Shown here piece by piece: positions 14,307 to 27,108 of a stretch of 60,000 nt of DNA (positions are counted from its first letter, which is position 1; each line of letters opens with the position of its first letter). This DNA comes from Laetmonice hystrix (Eukaryota). Under the pieces are notes generated by a model. The model worked only from the letters and a program-made list of their open reading frames with translations, did no database searches and was not told the origin of the DNA. Location of the stretch: assembly GCA_965235115.1 (NCBI GenBank), contig OZ249436.1, forward strand, positions 15,998,001 through 16,058,000, given 5' to 3'. Position numbers and translations under genes: made by a program.

Positions 14307-17300
14307 TCAGTCTGGCAGGCAGTCGAGGTCTATAAGATGGCGCATTGTAGGTCTACCATGTGGGCAGTTCTGGATACAAACACAAAGAACGCATTGTCTA
14401 CATTCAACATCACGTGTGTATCCTAATGATCCAGACAAGAGTATGGCCAGTCCCTCTTTAATTATCATATAATAGCGGTGCCCTCTCCATTCCACTTTGT
14501 ACTCTTTTCAGTACAACTTAAGACATTGATAAATGTAGCCAGGACTCTAATTCTCACTGTTTGGAGACCTATTTCTGACTGTTTTTGGACAAGCCGGTTC
14601 TAGTGAAGTCGTGATTTTTTTCCTTGTGCCTTGACCCATAAATCTTAGCCATTTAGTAATCGGAATAGGATATATTTATTTAGTGATACTTTGGTTTACA
14701 TACCCATGGCTGCTCAATCTCTCCCATGTGACAGATGAGCTGCAATATAGTCAAGCATGAGATTCATATAGCTAAACCTTTTATATTTTTAATCCGTGGC
14801 AACAAGTGTAACTTGTAGCTATAAGTGTCTCCTTAAGTGTAAAGAGGCAAAGAGTAGGTTACCTTCTTCATTTCAGTCTTGTTGAGAGCAGTGCCGACCA
14901 TTATTGACTTTCTACATGAGCGGGAAGCAAACATCATACGGACACGTGACGGCCGGCACAACACACCCTGCAATACGTACACAGTGTCACACACTACTGG
15001 CATGTGTTTAAACACAACTTGGGTGTGGACACCGGCGCTGAGACAGACTAGGAAATCTTCAAGGACGGGTTATACTGTGAACTAGGTAGAACCCCTCTTG
15101 TGTTTGAGTGGAAAGAGGACAATATATCAAGAGTACCGATATTTGGTGCCTCTTTCATAAATAATTGGCATTTTTCTTCTCATTAGCAAATTTCCCCCTT
15201 TTCATTTTTTAAAGCATTGTATATAGTTTTAATATACCACTACTCATTTATGCCCTTCAACTTTAAATACCGGTAATCGAATTCTTAGAATTGAATGATG
15301 CTAGCCCTTTGTTGAGGGCTTACATTTACCGATTAATGAAGAAAATTTGTTCTGCATATTAAAATAGCAAACTGTAGTATGTAGCTACCCACCGGCGAAT
15401 CAGTTAGCATGAATATAAGCTCTTCAATGTCTGAAAATAAACAAAAGGATGCCCTCTTAACTTCAACAAAAGTAAACTAGCTGAATCCTTTCCTCATAAT
15501 TATTTTTGTATTTTTTCCAGCAAATAGACAAATACCCATGCACATATGCATGCTTCAAAGGTACCGTATGTCTAACAATGCATCATACTCCGTCCATATG
15601 TTAAGGCATCTACTCAAGTAGTGAAATGTTTTTGATCAAAACTGTATAAAAATGTTCATGTTCATACCATCCTTGCCGAATGTCCAATTACGACTGACGG
15701 GCATTGAGGTCAGTTTTACACGTTGTGTAGGAGGAGCTAGAAATAATCGAGCAAAATTGCAGGTCAATGGGTATAACCAGTATCTTATATAGACATGTGT
15801 TTTCAAACCAGAAATCTACACCTTTATAACTGTCCTATATTATAACAAAATATAAAAGTCAAATACTGCTTGTCAGTGCAACACACCATCTTCGTCAATA
15901 AGGAAGTCGAATCCATTCGTCTGGAAGATGTCGATGTTATCAACCAGAACGGACTCGTTGACAGCAGTTAATTCGAGACACTGGGGCCTAAGCAAAAATA
16001 GAAACCTGGAAGTTAAAAGATCATTCCTTTGTTGCCTCACCATTCCTGATCCCTTATAAATTTTAACATCAAGACATGAAAGACATTTCCTTCATACATA
16101 ACATAGTGTAATGTCCTGTAAATACTATACTTACTGTATGAGTTTCCTTCATACATAACATAGTGTAATGTCCTGTAAATACTATACTTACTGTACTAGT
16201 TTCCTTCATACATAACATAGTGTAATGTCCTGTAAATACTATACTTACTGTATGAGTTTCCTTCATACATAACATAGTGTAATGTCCTGCAAATACTATA
16301 CTTACTGTATGAGTTTCTGACTCTGAAGAACGGTGTGTTTCTGTAGCATTTCAAAGTTATATTTTTCATCTGTGGCATGCTGATCAATGATAAACAGATC
16401 CGTGCCAAGTTTTGCAATGATGAATCCTAAATTGAACTGAAAAGTAAGACTTCAGCACATAATTGGCATAGTGATGGCATGTTAATAGGAAATAAATATA
16501 ATTTACTTATCCTCAAAGCCTTTACTAAAAGATCTTTATAAAGCACTGAACTAGCTGCTAAATGCATGCTGTTATGGCCTGCATTCGTCTATCTTGTGAA
16601 GACACCCATACCCTTTCCCTAAATCTTAGTTTTTCCTCAAGTAAAAATATCCTACCTGACCCAATATCTCCATCTTCTCAAACATATCCTTTCTGAAAAG
16701 GAAGTTGTGTCATTAAAGTAACAGATTTTTACAGCAATTTACAATGTACTGCTTCCTGTTCTCTTGAAAATTAACAATTTTTAGAAAGGCCACTCTAGAT
16801 TTTGTAACCTCTCTACATGTCAATATCTTGAAGTCTTTTCTAAACTTAACCTTCAAAAATCAAACATTTGTCATACCTGATTTCCTTTCTCAGCTCTTCC
16901 TCGGCCGCTTGGTTATCTGTTGGTGCAATTTGTGCACGAAAATTCCTTGATCTGTCACGATGTATGTCTCTCTTACCTGGGAAAGCCAAATGTTACATCT
17001 ATGATATTGCCTGGATTCCCTGACTTTTCCCTGAATTTTCAGACTTTTCCAGTTTTCCTGGATCCATGGGAACCATGAATAAATATGGAATATAAAACTA
17101 GTGTGACTCATCCATTCTAGCCTATGCAGAAGTCGTTTTTCTGAGGCCCAGAACTTACTTTGTTTATTACGTAGTTGGGAGCGGAGTCTCTCCATTGAGA
17201 AGTGTACCGTCTTAGACTTTCTCTGGACTGGCTCAGCAGTGTCCTTAAAACAAATTTAAAATAACATCACTTGGAACTTGCATTTCTTTCTTCCACTTTA

Positions 17301-20300
17301 GTTTTGAGATACATGCTCCACTCACAAACTTCCCGTCCATACCATTCTGAAGCTACTTTTTTAAGAGCCTATTTTTTTGGTATCAATCAATATGGTAATT
17401 AAATTTAATGTGATCTTAAAAATATTATTTATTTTCTGTTTTTATTCCTGTAGTATAATTTCGCATTTTTGCATGGCACTGTATTGACCTTTTCTATCTT
17501 TAGAACAGCTATACTTACAAGCTCTGCATATGACCCATCTAGAACTGGTTGCTGACGTTCAGCTATCTTGTCAATCGGTGGTTCAGTTTCTCTACAGTCA
17601 GTGTCAAGAACTACCTTGTCCTTCCTCACGGGTGTAGCAGCTGCTTCCTTAAAATGTTCTGCAGATTCCACAGACAACTTGTCTGTTAATATTTCCATAT
17701 TCACCTTATGACCTCCTGTCCTTTCCTGTAAATCCATATTCAAGCAATGTGAGCCCACATGGTTTGCAGATTTAGAGATCTGAGAACTGGTATCTTCCAG
17801 CCACTCTCCCATGCTGTGCGATTGAGAGTCTGCCACTTGGCTGCATTGTTCATTTCTGTCCCCACTCTCCGACTGAACGGAATGTGGCGACAAAAGTTTA
17901 CTGTTGTCGCCAGTACTGTCCGACCAATGGGAACTGATTGATTGAGGCGAGGCTGGCAGGCAGGAGTCAGTACTGGGCTGTGAGTCACACTGCCCATCAT
18001 CTACACCAATAGGCTCCATTTCCCTGGGATTTTTCCTCATGAAATTGTCTATTCTTTTCTCTGGAACAAAGGCACAATTTTCTTTTTTCAAATCTTTATA
18101 TATGAAACAAATTCCTCATGTTTTTGTACAGATCCTTGATTTACTAATATTAGATCAATGTGGACAGACAAGTAATATGCGATTTTATACAAGCTTGGCA
18201 GATAACATACGCTTTCCATTCCTTGTCTCATTTTTCTGTGGACTACTGGAACAGTCATCTTTTGAAAATGCACTTGAGAATGAGCGTTTCAAGCTGGCCA
18301 AGGTGACAGTCAAAGGCGTCTGTCAAAAGAGAGAAATCCTTGAATCAATAACCAATTCTATGATCTTAATTAATGCTTCCAATGTAATAATCCCAGTTCT
18401 CTAGTTTTCAATTGAAACAAGGTTCATGGTCACTTTTTGCAAACAAAGTAGACATGAGCATCTTTCTGTAAAGAGAATTATGTGAAACTAATAAATAACC
18501 GATTGTAGTATATTATCACTTGTTGCGTCTATGTTGAGAGCGAGCTTGACATTTAGTTTCCAGTATATCTTTCGTCTGGGGCCCGTTTCACTAAGACTGT
18601 ACGAGCTCGTATATGGCCTTATAGCTCGTAAAGAAGCAAAAACTCGTAAATTTTGCTATTCTAATCTATAGAATATACGAGCTCGTAAAATACGAGTGTT
18701 TAGTGAAACGGGCCCCAGGTCTTACCTTTGGCGACTGCTGGGGTGCACTATTACTCCGTTTCCTACAACAGCAATACCACTAGATAACTAAACTTTACTA
18801 AATCACACCATAGTGCATAGAGGTAGAGTGATCACACATAAGGGTCATTGTAGAAACACAGTTTTCTCTGACTGTAATGATATAAAAACAACGAAAGTTT
18901 ATTTGTTGATATTTTAGTAGGGGTCTGCATACCACTGGGACTACATCGTTTGGAAACTTACATGACCGTTGGGCTCCTAATCTCCTGATCACTTGGATTC
19001 CGTGTAAACAAAGACTTCAATGATGCTAGAGATACAAATAACATCAACAATTCAAGAAAACTCACTAACTTGAATAAAGGCAATTGTGGAATTTCAATGT
19101 AATTACATTGTGAATGGCATAACCACTACCAACTAAGATTAACAATGACAATAAAAACTTACTTAACATTACTTTGACATAAGTGTAAAGTGCTTAGCCC
19201 CCTGGGTAGTATCATGAGATATTCTTTTTTTTCAGTTTTAATTATTTTGTAAAAATTTAATTCATATCTTATTCACCAGATGTCACTTTGCTTTGACCTT
19301 GGTTAACTTGATATACTGAGGAAATTGGGTCAAACATCTCGATCAAAGAAGTCTGAAATGAACAATATAAATAATATACAAGGTATGTCAAGAAAAATAT
19401 GAAAGCAACCAATGTAGAGAGGTTAACATTTATTCAAAAATATAAATATTTTCCATGGCTCATAATTTTAGCTTCATGGGAGATAAAATTATTTGTAGAG
19501 CAAAACATCTATGACCTTGAGTGTTGCCAGTAAAAGCTTCTCCTCAGCCAGAAATATCTGACGCTTGTCTGGTGTCACATTGACATCCACGCAGTCTGTT
19601 AAAATACAAATAGAGTGTATTAACAGCTGGTAACACTAGGCCTCTCCTGTTTTATTTCATTTTTTTCTTTTAGAGGTAATACCAATCCATCAAGGCTTAT
19701 TTTTTCACATTCATAAAATATCAGACCTGCCAACATTAACCTTTTTTTGCATAGCAACATTCAGCCCCATTCCGCAGGCATGCACATGGGGGTTGGTGCA
19801 GGAGGGGGATATCTCCTTAATGGTGGGTGGTGGTACGGGGGCTGGCCACCCCTGGAAAAGAATCAAATTAAGGGTTGTCTTGGGTGCATTCTGAGCACAT
19901 TTTGAGCAGAAATTCAGAAAGTGATTTTTACAGTAAATAGCCAGTTTTGCATACTAGTATATAAAGGATGAGGGCACAGCAGCATAGTCAGAGTATCAAA
20001 TGCATACCTGCTATGCAGAATTCGTAGTAGTTGGCAGGTCTGAAATATGCAACTTTATAAAAAAGACTCTAATGGGAATAAGCCTTGCTGACCTTTGTTT
20101 AGGGAGATGTCCAGGACTACAAAAGGGTTCTGATGTCTGTTGTACATGTGGTAGACTTCATTGACAACTCGGGAAACTTTATTCAAATCACAAGGACGTC
20201 GGTTGATGAAGAAAAACTGACGGTCAGTTGCTGCTCGACCATGACCATGTTCACTGCTTGACACATAACCTTCAATTCTACAAAACAGACGGTCTGACTT

Positions 20301-23300
20301 TAATCACTTTAAAATGTATGATTCTGTTGGAAAATAATTTCAAATTTAATTTTTAAATATGCTCACAATTAAATGTACGAGCTCTTTAGTCAGCAGTCAC
20401 TCATATGCTACATTGTATCAGAAAAATTAAACTTCCAAGTTAATTAACAGCTGTCACTCTTACTTGAACACTTGATCTTCACGAGGTTTCATGCCATACT
20501 CCTGAGAAACCTGCTCACTAGGCCTTACTTGGATAAACCTTATCAGACCCTGAAACTGATTCATGCAATCACAATGACACTTTATACTACTTAGTTATAT
20601 CAAATTGAGGATTTGGGAGCAACGTTTTATAGCCCTATGTGCAAAACCTCTTATACCTGTTTAGGTCCAAAGATATTTGTGATGTTTTCCTTGATAGTGT
20701 CGTTCCCATTTGTTGTAAGTATGGTTGTTTTTTTCCTGTGAACATGTCACTTCAAAATTAATCATCAAGTAAAAAATCCCCTTCATGCACTCCTTAGTTC
20801 AGAAGAACATTTAAGCATATCAATTTTTCTTTGAATAAAGATCTTTATAAATTACTACAACCTAACATTGTTGTTTGCAGAACTTTACAATCAATCATGC
20901 TACTTAGAACGCGTGATCTTATTCTGATGTTAATACTCTTGTTGTCCAGGCTGATAATAATCACCAGCATACATATCAAAATTGTCCATACTCACCCTTT
21001 GCTGGTCTGGTTGGTACAAGTCATTTTAACTCCTGTAGACATGATGCAATATGCACTCAAAACATGGACCATCTTGGAGAATTCTCTCTTCAGGTTCCGC
21101 TGGAACTCTTTATGGCGGACAGGCAGCGTGTGAAAAAGCTGTCCAAGAGATACTGTTGTGCCACACTGAAAAAGGTAAACATCTCCGGGGTTGGACAAAT
21201 CCACTGGCCCGAGGTCCGGGACCTGCCTATTATTGCTTTGGACTTTTGAAAATATCAATGGTAGTCTGACGGACTGTTGCCCAGCCTTGGTTAAACCTAC
21301 TGTCATTGACAGGTGGCATCTGTCAGGACCTGGTGCCAGGCATGTAGCAGGTCACAAACCTCCATCCTCCAAGGATGCTGGAGGTCTGTGGCCTGTAATG
21401 GCAATCTTAACTGTAACATTTCCATAAACACTCCATGAAATTGTGGAGTTTTGGACCAGTGGACCCAAAAGCAGGCCCAGTAAATATTCTGAGTTACTGG
21501 TCCTGGACCAGTGACTCATAAAATAATTTGTCCAACCCTGATCTCTGTAAAATTGTGTAATACAATCTTCACAAGAGATAACAACGAATTAGTCAACATC
21601 ATACCCACCATCGTAATAGTCGATGTATAGAATTCTATGTTTGTCTGAAATTTCAAACTTTTAGTGGTGAAACATACCTGTCTAGCACATGGTGTTTTGC
21701 TAGTGATTTTACCGTTGTGGTCATATTCAAGTCTGGTGCCAACAGTTGCATCTTTATGACATGTCACTATGACAAGATTACTGAAAATAAGCATACATCA
21801 TTCGGATTTAACTACACCTGTGGAAAAATACAACTGCTTTAAAAGGTTGTATTCACTGTTTTGGTCAGCAGAAAGACATTAACTCTGCATAAAACTATAG
21901 TGTTAACTATTTTTCATTAGGGTTAACCCACTTTCAAAATGCTGCACATGAAACTTGTATTATCTGAAATGTTATGACAGTACTGTCATCAGCAATTTCA
22001 TGGTGTCTTTTGTGTGGTCCAATTTGCTTGACAATATTTTAATGCACAGATATTACCTTAAAGCACATAAGGAGCTCAATGCTTCACCACGGAATCCAAA
22101 GGTTTCAACATTTACCAGGTCTCCAAAATCACGGAGTTTGGAAGTATGGTGTTTGAGGGCTAAAAATGAGATGCACATGAAGAAATGAATGACATACTTG
22201 TAAGTTGTAACACAGAGGTGGCTCTCAGGCTCAAAAGGTAAGTCGACTCCTCTACATTTTTCCCATTAATACTGAACACACTGATGATCATGTATCATTT
22301 GTAACCAAGGGGAACAAAGAACCATTGGTAAAATATCATAAGGTACAAAAAAAAATATCACCATTGCATTAACCCTGTATTATACAATGTAACACTCACT
22401 TAGCCCTACAAAATTTGAACTCTCCACGCCACATCCATTGTCAACTACCTCCAGCAATTCAGAGCCATATTCCTTGAGACGGACATCTGGATAGGACAGA
22501 AAAATCTGGTTATTTATCAATTTACTATGTATCAGTCTTCAAATAATTGCATTCCAATACCAATCCCTAAGCTTAATACAAGGAAAATAGAGCAACTTAA
22601 GCAAGTAATATTCAATGTTATATTATTCATACCCTATTATTCCAAGTACATGTACTATGTAACCAATTTTCATTCAACTGAAACACATGAATCTGAATGG
22701 TTTCCAAAACCAAAAACTTCCACACTCCTTTTACAACTTTTCTTATTTAGAGTGATGTTGTGATCTACCTCACTGTCAGGAAGCTTTGAGTTTTTATAAG
22801 TGCCACTACTCCAAGACTAAATATTTACCTATTGTTGTAGCTCCAGCATCCAGGCTGTTCTCTACTAATTCCTTCACTGCTGTTGCAAGGGTCAGGACAA
22901 CCTGGCCAGAACATATGCGATGAACTGAGGACTTGTCTATTGCCTGAATAGAACTTGCAGGTCCAGCTGCATGAAAATCACTGACAGAAACAAAAAGCAA
23001 CTTTTACAACAAACTCAATGCACAACACAGTCAGCTGTGTCAGCTGTGAATGACCATTAAACTTCAGCCTTATTGGATAACGCTCTAGACCCCTATGCTA
23101 TGGCTAAATAGCCGACTATCCAAATAACGGCAGTGTCTATCGGCACAACAGTCATGCGCCAACCCAGGTGAGTTTCTAACACGTCGCGAATGAATCGCCA
23201 AAGGTGATACACCTAAAAATGTGTCCGAAACCCTTCGCGCATGGTGTTGTTTATTTTCTGGCTTGGGTAATCGCCAGTAGAGTGCGAGGGGGTCGTCAAC

Positions 23301-26300
23301 AGGTCGTGAAGCAGAATCACCGCGGTGGGTCACCAGCATAACCCTAGCATAGGCCTGACCCTAATAGTCCATGAGCCAGATAGGCCAAAAATGGCCAATC
23401 GGTACCAGTTTGGGGGGCAAATTCTAATATGCATTTTTGTTAAGTATGATATCCCTAGTTAATATTTCTGCATGATAGACATTTGTAAGTAGTAGCTTAA
23501 TGTGTTATATCAAAGGGTTTTCATGGGTGGGCCAGTGCAACTCGTTATACTCCAAAATTGGGGATATATCGCCAATCAGCTTGGTTTGCCCAATATATTT
23601 AGGCATCAGGGCTTTTATTTTCCTTTTAAACCGTTATACTTGAAATGTGATAAAGTATAGTTATATAACAATTTATAGTATTTATATACATTTATGGCTT
23701 GGTAAATAATCATTTGTATACAAGTAGACTGTTATATGATACAAGCAGGGTAGAACTTTCTTGAACAGAACCTGATAAGTAGGCCCTACATAACAGTGCA
23801 CGGTCTTCTTCTTTTTTTTATAAGGTAGTAGGCCCTATAGTCTGTTCGCTCTAAGAAGACCTCGACCTCGGCCTCATTAAAGCTCTGACCTGCCCCCTCC
23901 TCCCGTCTATCCATGCACAACTGGCGTATCACAAGTCATCACCGCCTGTCATTCAAGAATATGACCAAATTCCACGTGGTTCTGTATTACCCCAAATGCA
24001 GTAATAGCTTTAATGAGGCCGAGGTCGTTGGAATTCGTTGGAATATTTAAATAGGATAACCTTCCACTCGAAGGGTATACATTGACGTATTTGTCATATG
24101 TCTAGAAAGTTACATCGGACTTCCTTGGTATGGAGTATGCGACATGAAGTCAGAATCAAGTGTTAGTAAGTCAGAAATGTAAAGTACACCCATATTAATC
24201 CATTGTTTCCAACAAAAGGGCTTTTTGCCAATTAATAGAGAATTGTTATTCCAAATATATTGTTTGAGAATAATGTTCCCGATTGGTGGGGGTTAACGTT
24301 CTTTATATCATTCCAGAAGGTTAATAACTCCCTATAAAAGGGAGGCAGAGCTTTCAAGTCACAATATCTGTATATTGAAAAAATGGACCGGTTTTGTGTT
24401 CAGGTAGGTTTAAGCTCTACCTGGCTTACCTGTTAAAATCCACCATTTTCAAACCACCATTATCTATCGTTTGAGTGACGACACTTTTGGCAACTTTTGA
24501 ACTACCACCACTCCATAAAAAGTCATATAACAGTTTTTCTACTTCAACGATAACATTTGTGGGCACGCGAATTATTTGAGCCATATAGATAATAGGAGAG
24601 ATGGCAAGCGAATTAATTATAGTGATGTTTCCTTTTATTGAAAGATTTCTCTGACGCCAAACGTTAAGTAAGTTACGGAGAGATTAGTGATCTTAGTTTT
24701 GAAGTTTATCTTGTATGATTCAAACTCACTGCGTACAAAAGTAACACCAATGGACTGTATATTTCCGTTGGTCCATATAATACCAAAAAGATTTGAGTTT
24801 ATATTTGGTGGAGAATTTATCCATTTTGCCACTGTTTTGTTTAAATTAATTTTTAAGCCTGCGCATTAGTAAAATAGGTCTAAGATTTTAAGAGCATTCT
24901 TTAGGGACTCACAATCAAGGAGAATTAGTGTAGTATCATCAGCAACTTGAGTAATTTTAATTTCGTCATCATTTATAAAGACACCTTTTACATCTTTATC
25001 TTTTCTTATGTGAGAAGCTAAGAGATCAGTAACTAGCAAGAATAAATAAGCTGAAAGAGGACAGCCTTGACGTATCCCTCTCTGTGGATGAAAGGGGGCA
25101 CCTAAACGTCCGTTATTATTGGATATTGATGTACATATATAATAATGTCGTTGGATAAAATTTTAATCTAGTTATGGAAAATAGGGCCAAAATTAAAGGC
25201 CTGAAGGGTTTTATTAATGAAGGTCCAGGAGACAGTATGGGAAGCCTTTTCAAAATCGACCGTAGTTATAATGCAGGATAATCCGCGTGCTTGTGCAATG
25301 GACAGTATATCGTCTATATGACACGGATATTTTCACCAATGAAACGACCTTTGATATAGGCGGTCTGATCCGCGTTAATAATACACATGTATGTGGTAAA
25401 ACGGCACAGAGGCGAGCAGTGAGTGTTTTAGCAAGCAATTTATAGTCAGTATTAAGGAGAGAGATAGGTCTCCAGTTAGTTATGAATAGTTTATTTTTGC
25501 GCGTTTGGGGGATTAGGGTTATGATTCCACGTTTCTGCTCAATAGAAAGATATCCAGCAGAGTAGGCATAATTTACTAGTGAAGAAAAGACAAGGTAATT
25601 GGTGTCTGTCCAGAAGAATTTGTAAAATTCAGCAGGGAGACCATCAGAGCCAGGTGTTTTATTGTTTTTCACCAGTTTCAAGTTCTCGAGGAGTTCTTTA
25701 TGTAACAAGATGTCTTCACATAACGTTTCTTTGTATTAATGCCAGCGTCTTCGTAAGAAAGGACTAACCAGACGGAAAATTCAAATTGAATTCATGTCCT
25801 ATCATCCAAAATGATACAAAAGTAAATCTCAGAGATGCAAATACAAATTTTATCTGAATCGTACACCAAATACCGTATATGTCCTATTTGCCGCGCACCT
25901 CCTATTTGCCGCGCACCCCAGCATTTTTTAAAACCCAATGTGTTTGTCAGGGGTGGAAATTTGGGAAAACTCATATTGGGGACCTATTTGGAAAGAAAAT
26001 GCCCACTTAACGTTAAAATAATTCATTTGCCGCGCACCCCCCTTCTGCACACGCGCATGCGCGGCAAATAGGACATATACGGTAATATTGGACAGGGGCG
26101 GATTGGGGGGGGGGGGGGCGAGGGGTACCAATCAGAAAAAAAGGCAAAACTTTTTCAACCGCCCCCCCCCCCCCTTTTCCAAATTCCTGGATCCGCCCCT
26201 GTTGGATAGGAAGTAATTCTATGCTTCATAGGAAGTAAAAGTAACCCGTTATGGCCATTCTTGATACATGGTTACGAGTGTTATAAGCTAAATCCTTTGT

Positions 26301-26991
26301 ATGAATGGGTGCATATCTTGGTAAAATGTAACACTGAAACAGTGATTAAGCTACTACTTTGGAATGTCTATCATACCAAATTTATTTACCTTTGGGTAGT
26401 ACTACAAGATGGTACTAGTGAGAATTTGCCCCCCAAACTGGTACCGATCGACCTATCTGGCTCATGGACTATAACCCTGACCCTTGTTTAGATTCGGTAA
26501 TTAGTCAAACTAAGATAATCTTATTTGGCCGTTGGCGGCTAAATACTACCTATAGGCTATAATATAAGATACGTCCCTGATACTAGTGATAGAGGGCCTG
26601 ACTACGGTAATCAGCATTCTAAGTACTACACCCTACAGCTAGGCCTACGCTTTAGTCGCTTACGCCACGGTAGCCCAACAACTTACACGCCAGTGGTGAG
26701 ACTGCACATGAGCTCTACTGACGTCTGACTGAGGCTGAGCTGAGGATCGACTAGATCGACTAACCGGGCGTTAGTCGACATAGGCCTATCACTATCACTC
26801 ACAGTAGGCCTATCAGTATCACTAGATCTATCACTTTTTTCAGTATCAGTATCACAGCCCAGACAGATCACAGACACAGGACATATCAACGATTGACACC
26901 AAGGAAAAAATTATGGTAGAATCTAACGTAGACCTATTTACTTTGCTTCCGATGGCAATATATCTGTGGCAGTGTCCGCAGAGTCATCCAT
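14307..26991 (-). CDS. PMS2: Mismatch repair endonuclease PMS2 (MutL homolog), about 24 exons
   Basis: Spliced translation: exon 1 at 26942-26991 ([16 protein letters not shown]); [38 protein letters not shown] (~22829-22981); [69 protein letters not shown]; low-complexity linker (~17520-18320); [21 protein letters not shown] endonuclease motif (~16307-16437); [26 protein letters not shown]; stop at 14307. GT-AG introns with compatible phases where checked. AATAAA (minus) at 14071-14076. Confidence 0.95.
16086..16317. repeat. 57-bp tandem repeat x4 spanning a PMS2 exon/intron junction
   Basis: Unit tttccttcatacataacatagtgtaatgtcctgtaaatactatacttactgtatgag starts at 16086, 16143, 16200 and 16257; copies are near-identical. 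Confidence 0.95.
18579..18715. mobile_element. Harbinger-like palindromic MITE
   Basis: TIR gggcccgtttcactaa / ttagtgaaacgggccc flanked by CTG/CAG (CWG-type site); internal tacgagctcgta palindromes. Confidence 0.8.
19722..20042. mobile_element. hAT-like non-autonomous element, 6-bp TSD
   Basis: Perfect 13-bp TIR cagacctgccaac / gttggcaggtctg; AAATAT duplicated at 19716-19721 and 20043-20048. Confidence 0.8.
21186..21540. mobile_element. hAT-like non-autonomous element, 5-bp TSD
   Basis: TIR cggggttggacaaat / atttgtccaaccctg; ATCTC duplicated at 21181-21185 and 21541-21545. Confidence 0.8.
23990..25760 (-). pseudogene. Decayed L1/Tx1-clade LINE ORF2 (reverse transcriptase) fragment
   Basis: [65 protein letters not shown] and IWNN motifs across frameshifts and stops. 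Confidence 0.9.
25873..26082. mobile_element. Tc1/pogo-like MITE (TA TSD)
   Basis: Perfect 25-bp TIR ccgtatatgtcctatttgccgcgca, flanked by TA on both sides; internal repeats of atttgccgcgcacc. Confidence 0.85.
26093..26201. mobile_element. hAT-like MITE, 5-bp TSD
   Basis: caggggcggat / atccgcccctg termini; TTGGA duplicated at 26088-26092 and 26202-26206. Confidence 0.8.
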
Positions 26992-27108
26992 CGCGGTATT
27001 AGGCTCGACTTTTTGTTATCATAGAAGTATTTGACTCCGCCGCCATGACCCTCGGAGTGCATGACGTCACGTGGTCCATGACGCCCTCTGCCGGGAGTTT
27101 GTTTCAAC
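26992..27108. promoter_or_regulatory. Bidirectional promoter of PMS2 and the LRR gene
   Basis: 117 bp between divergent ATGs; CpG-rich; overlapping CRE TGACGTCA (27062-27069) and E-box CACGTG (27068-27073). Confidence 0.7.

Larger units (their letters stand above)
23365..26471. mobile_element. Academ-like non-autonomous DNA transposon (3.1 kb) in PMS2 intron 1
   Basis: Termini TAGTCCATGAGCCAGATAGG / CCTATCTGGCTCATGGACTA plus inner inverted segment atcggtaccagtttggggggcaaattct / agaatttgccccccaaactggtaccgat. TAA duplicated at 23362-23364 and 26472-26474. TAG...CTA ends with a 3-bp TSD fit Academ. Confidence 0.75.

Noticed and set aside
16069..16275. Repetitive 68-aa [22 protein letters not shown]
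   Set aside because: Artefact of the 57-bp intronic tandem repeat; not in the PMS2 frame.
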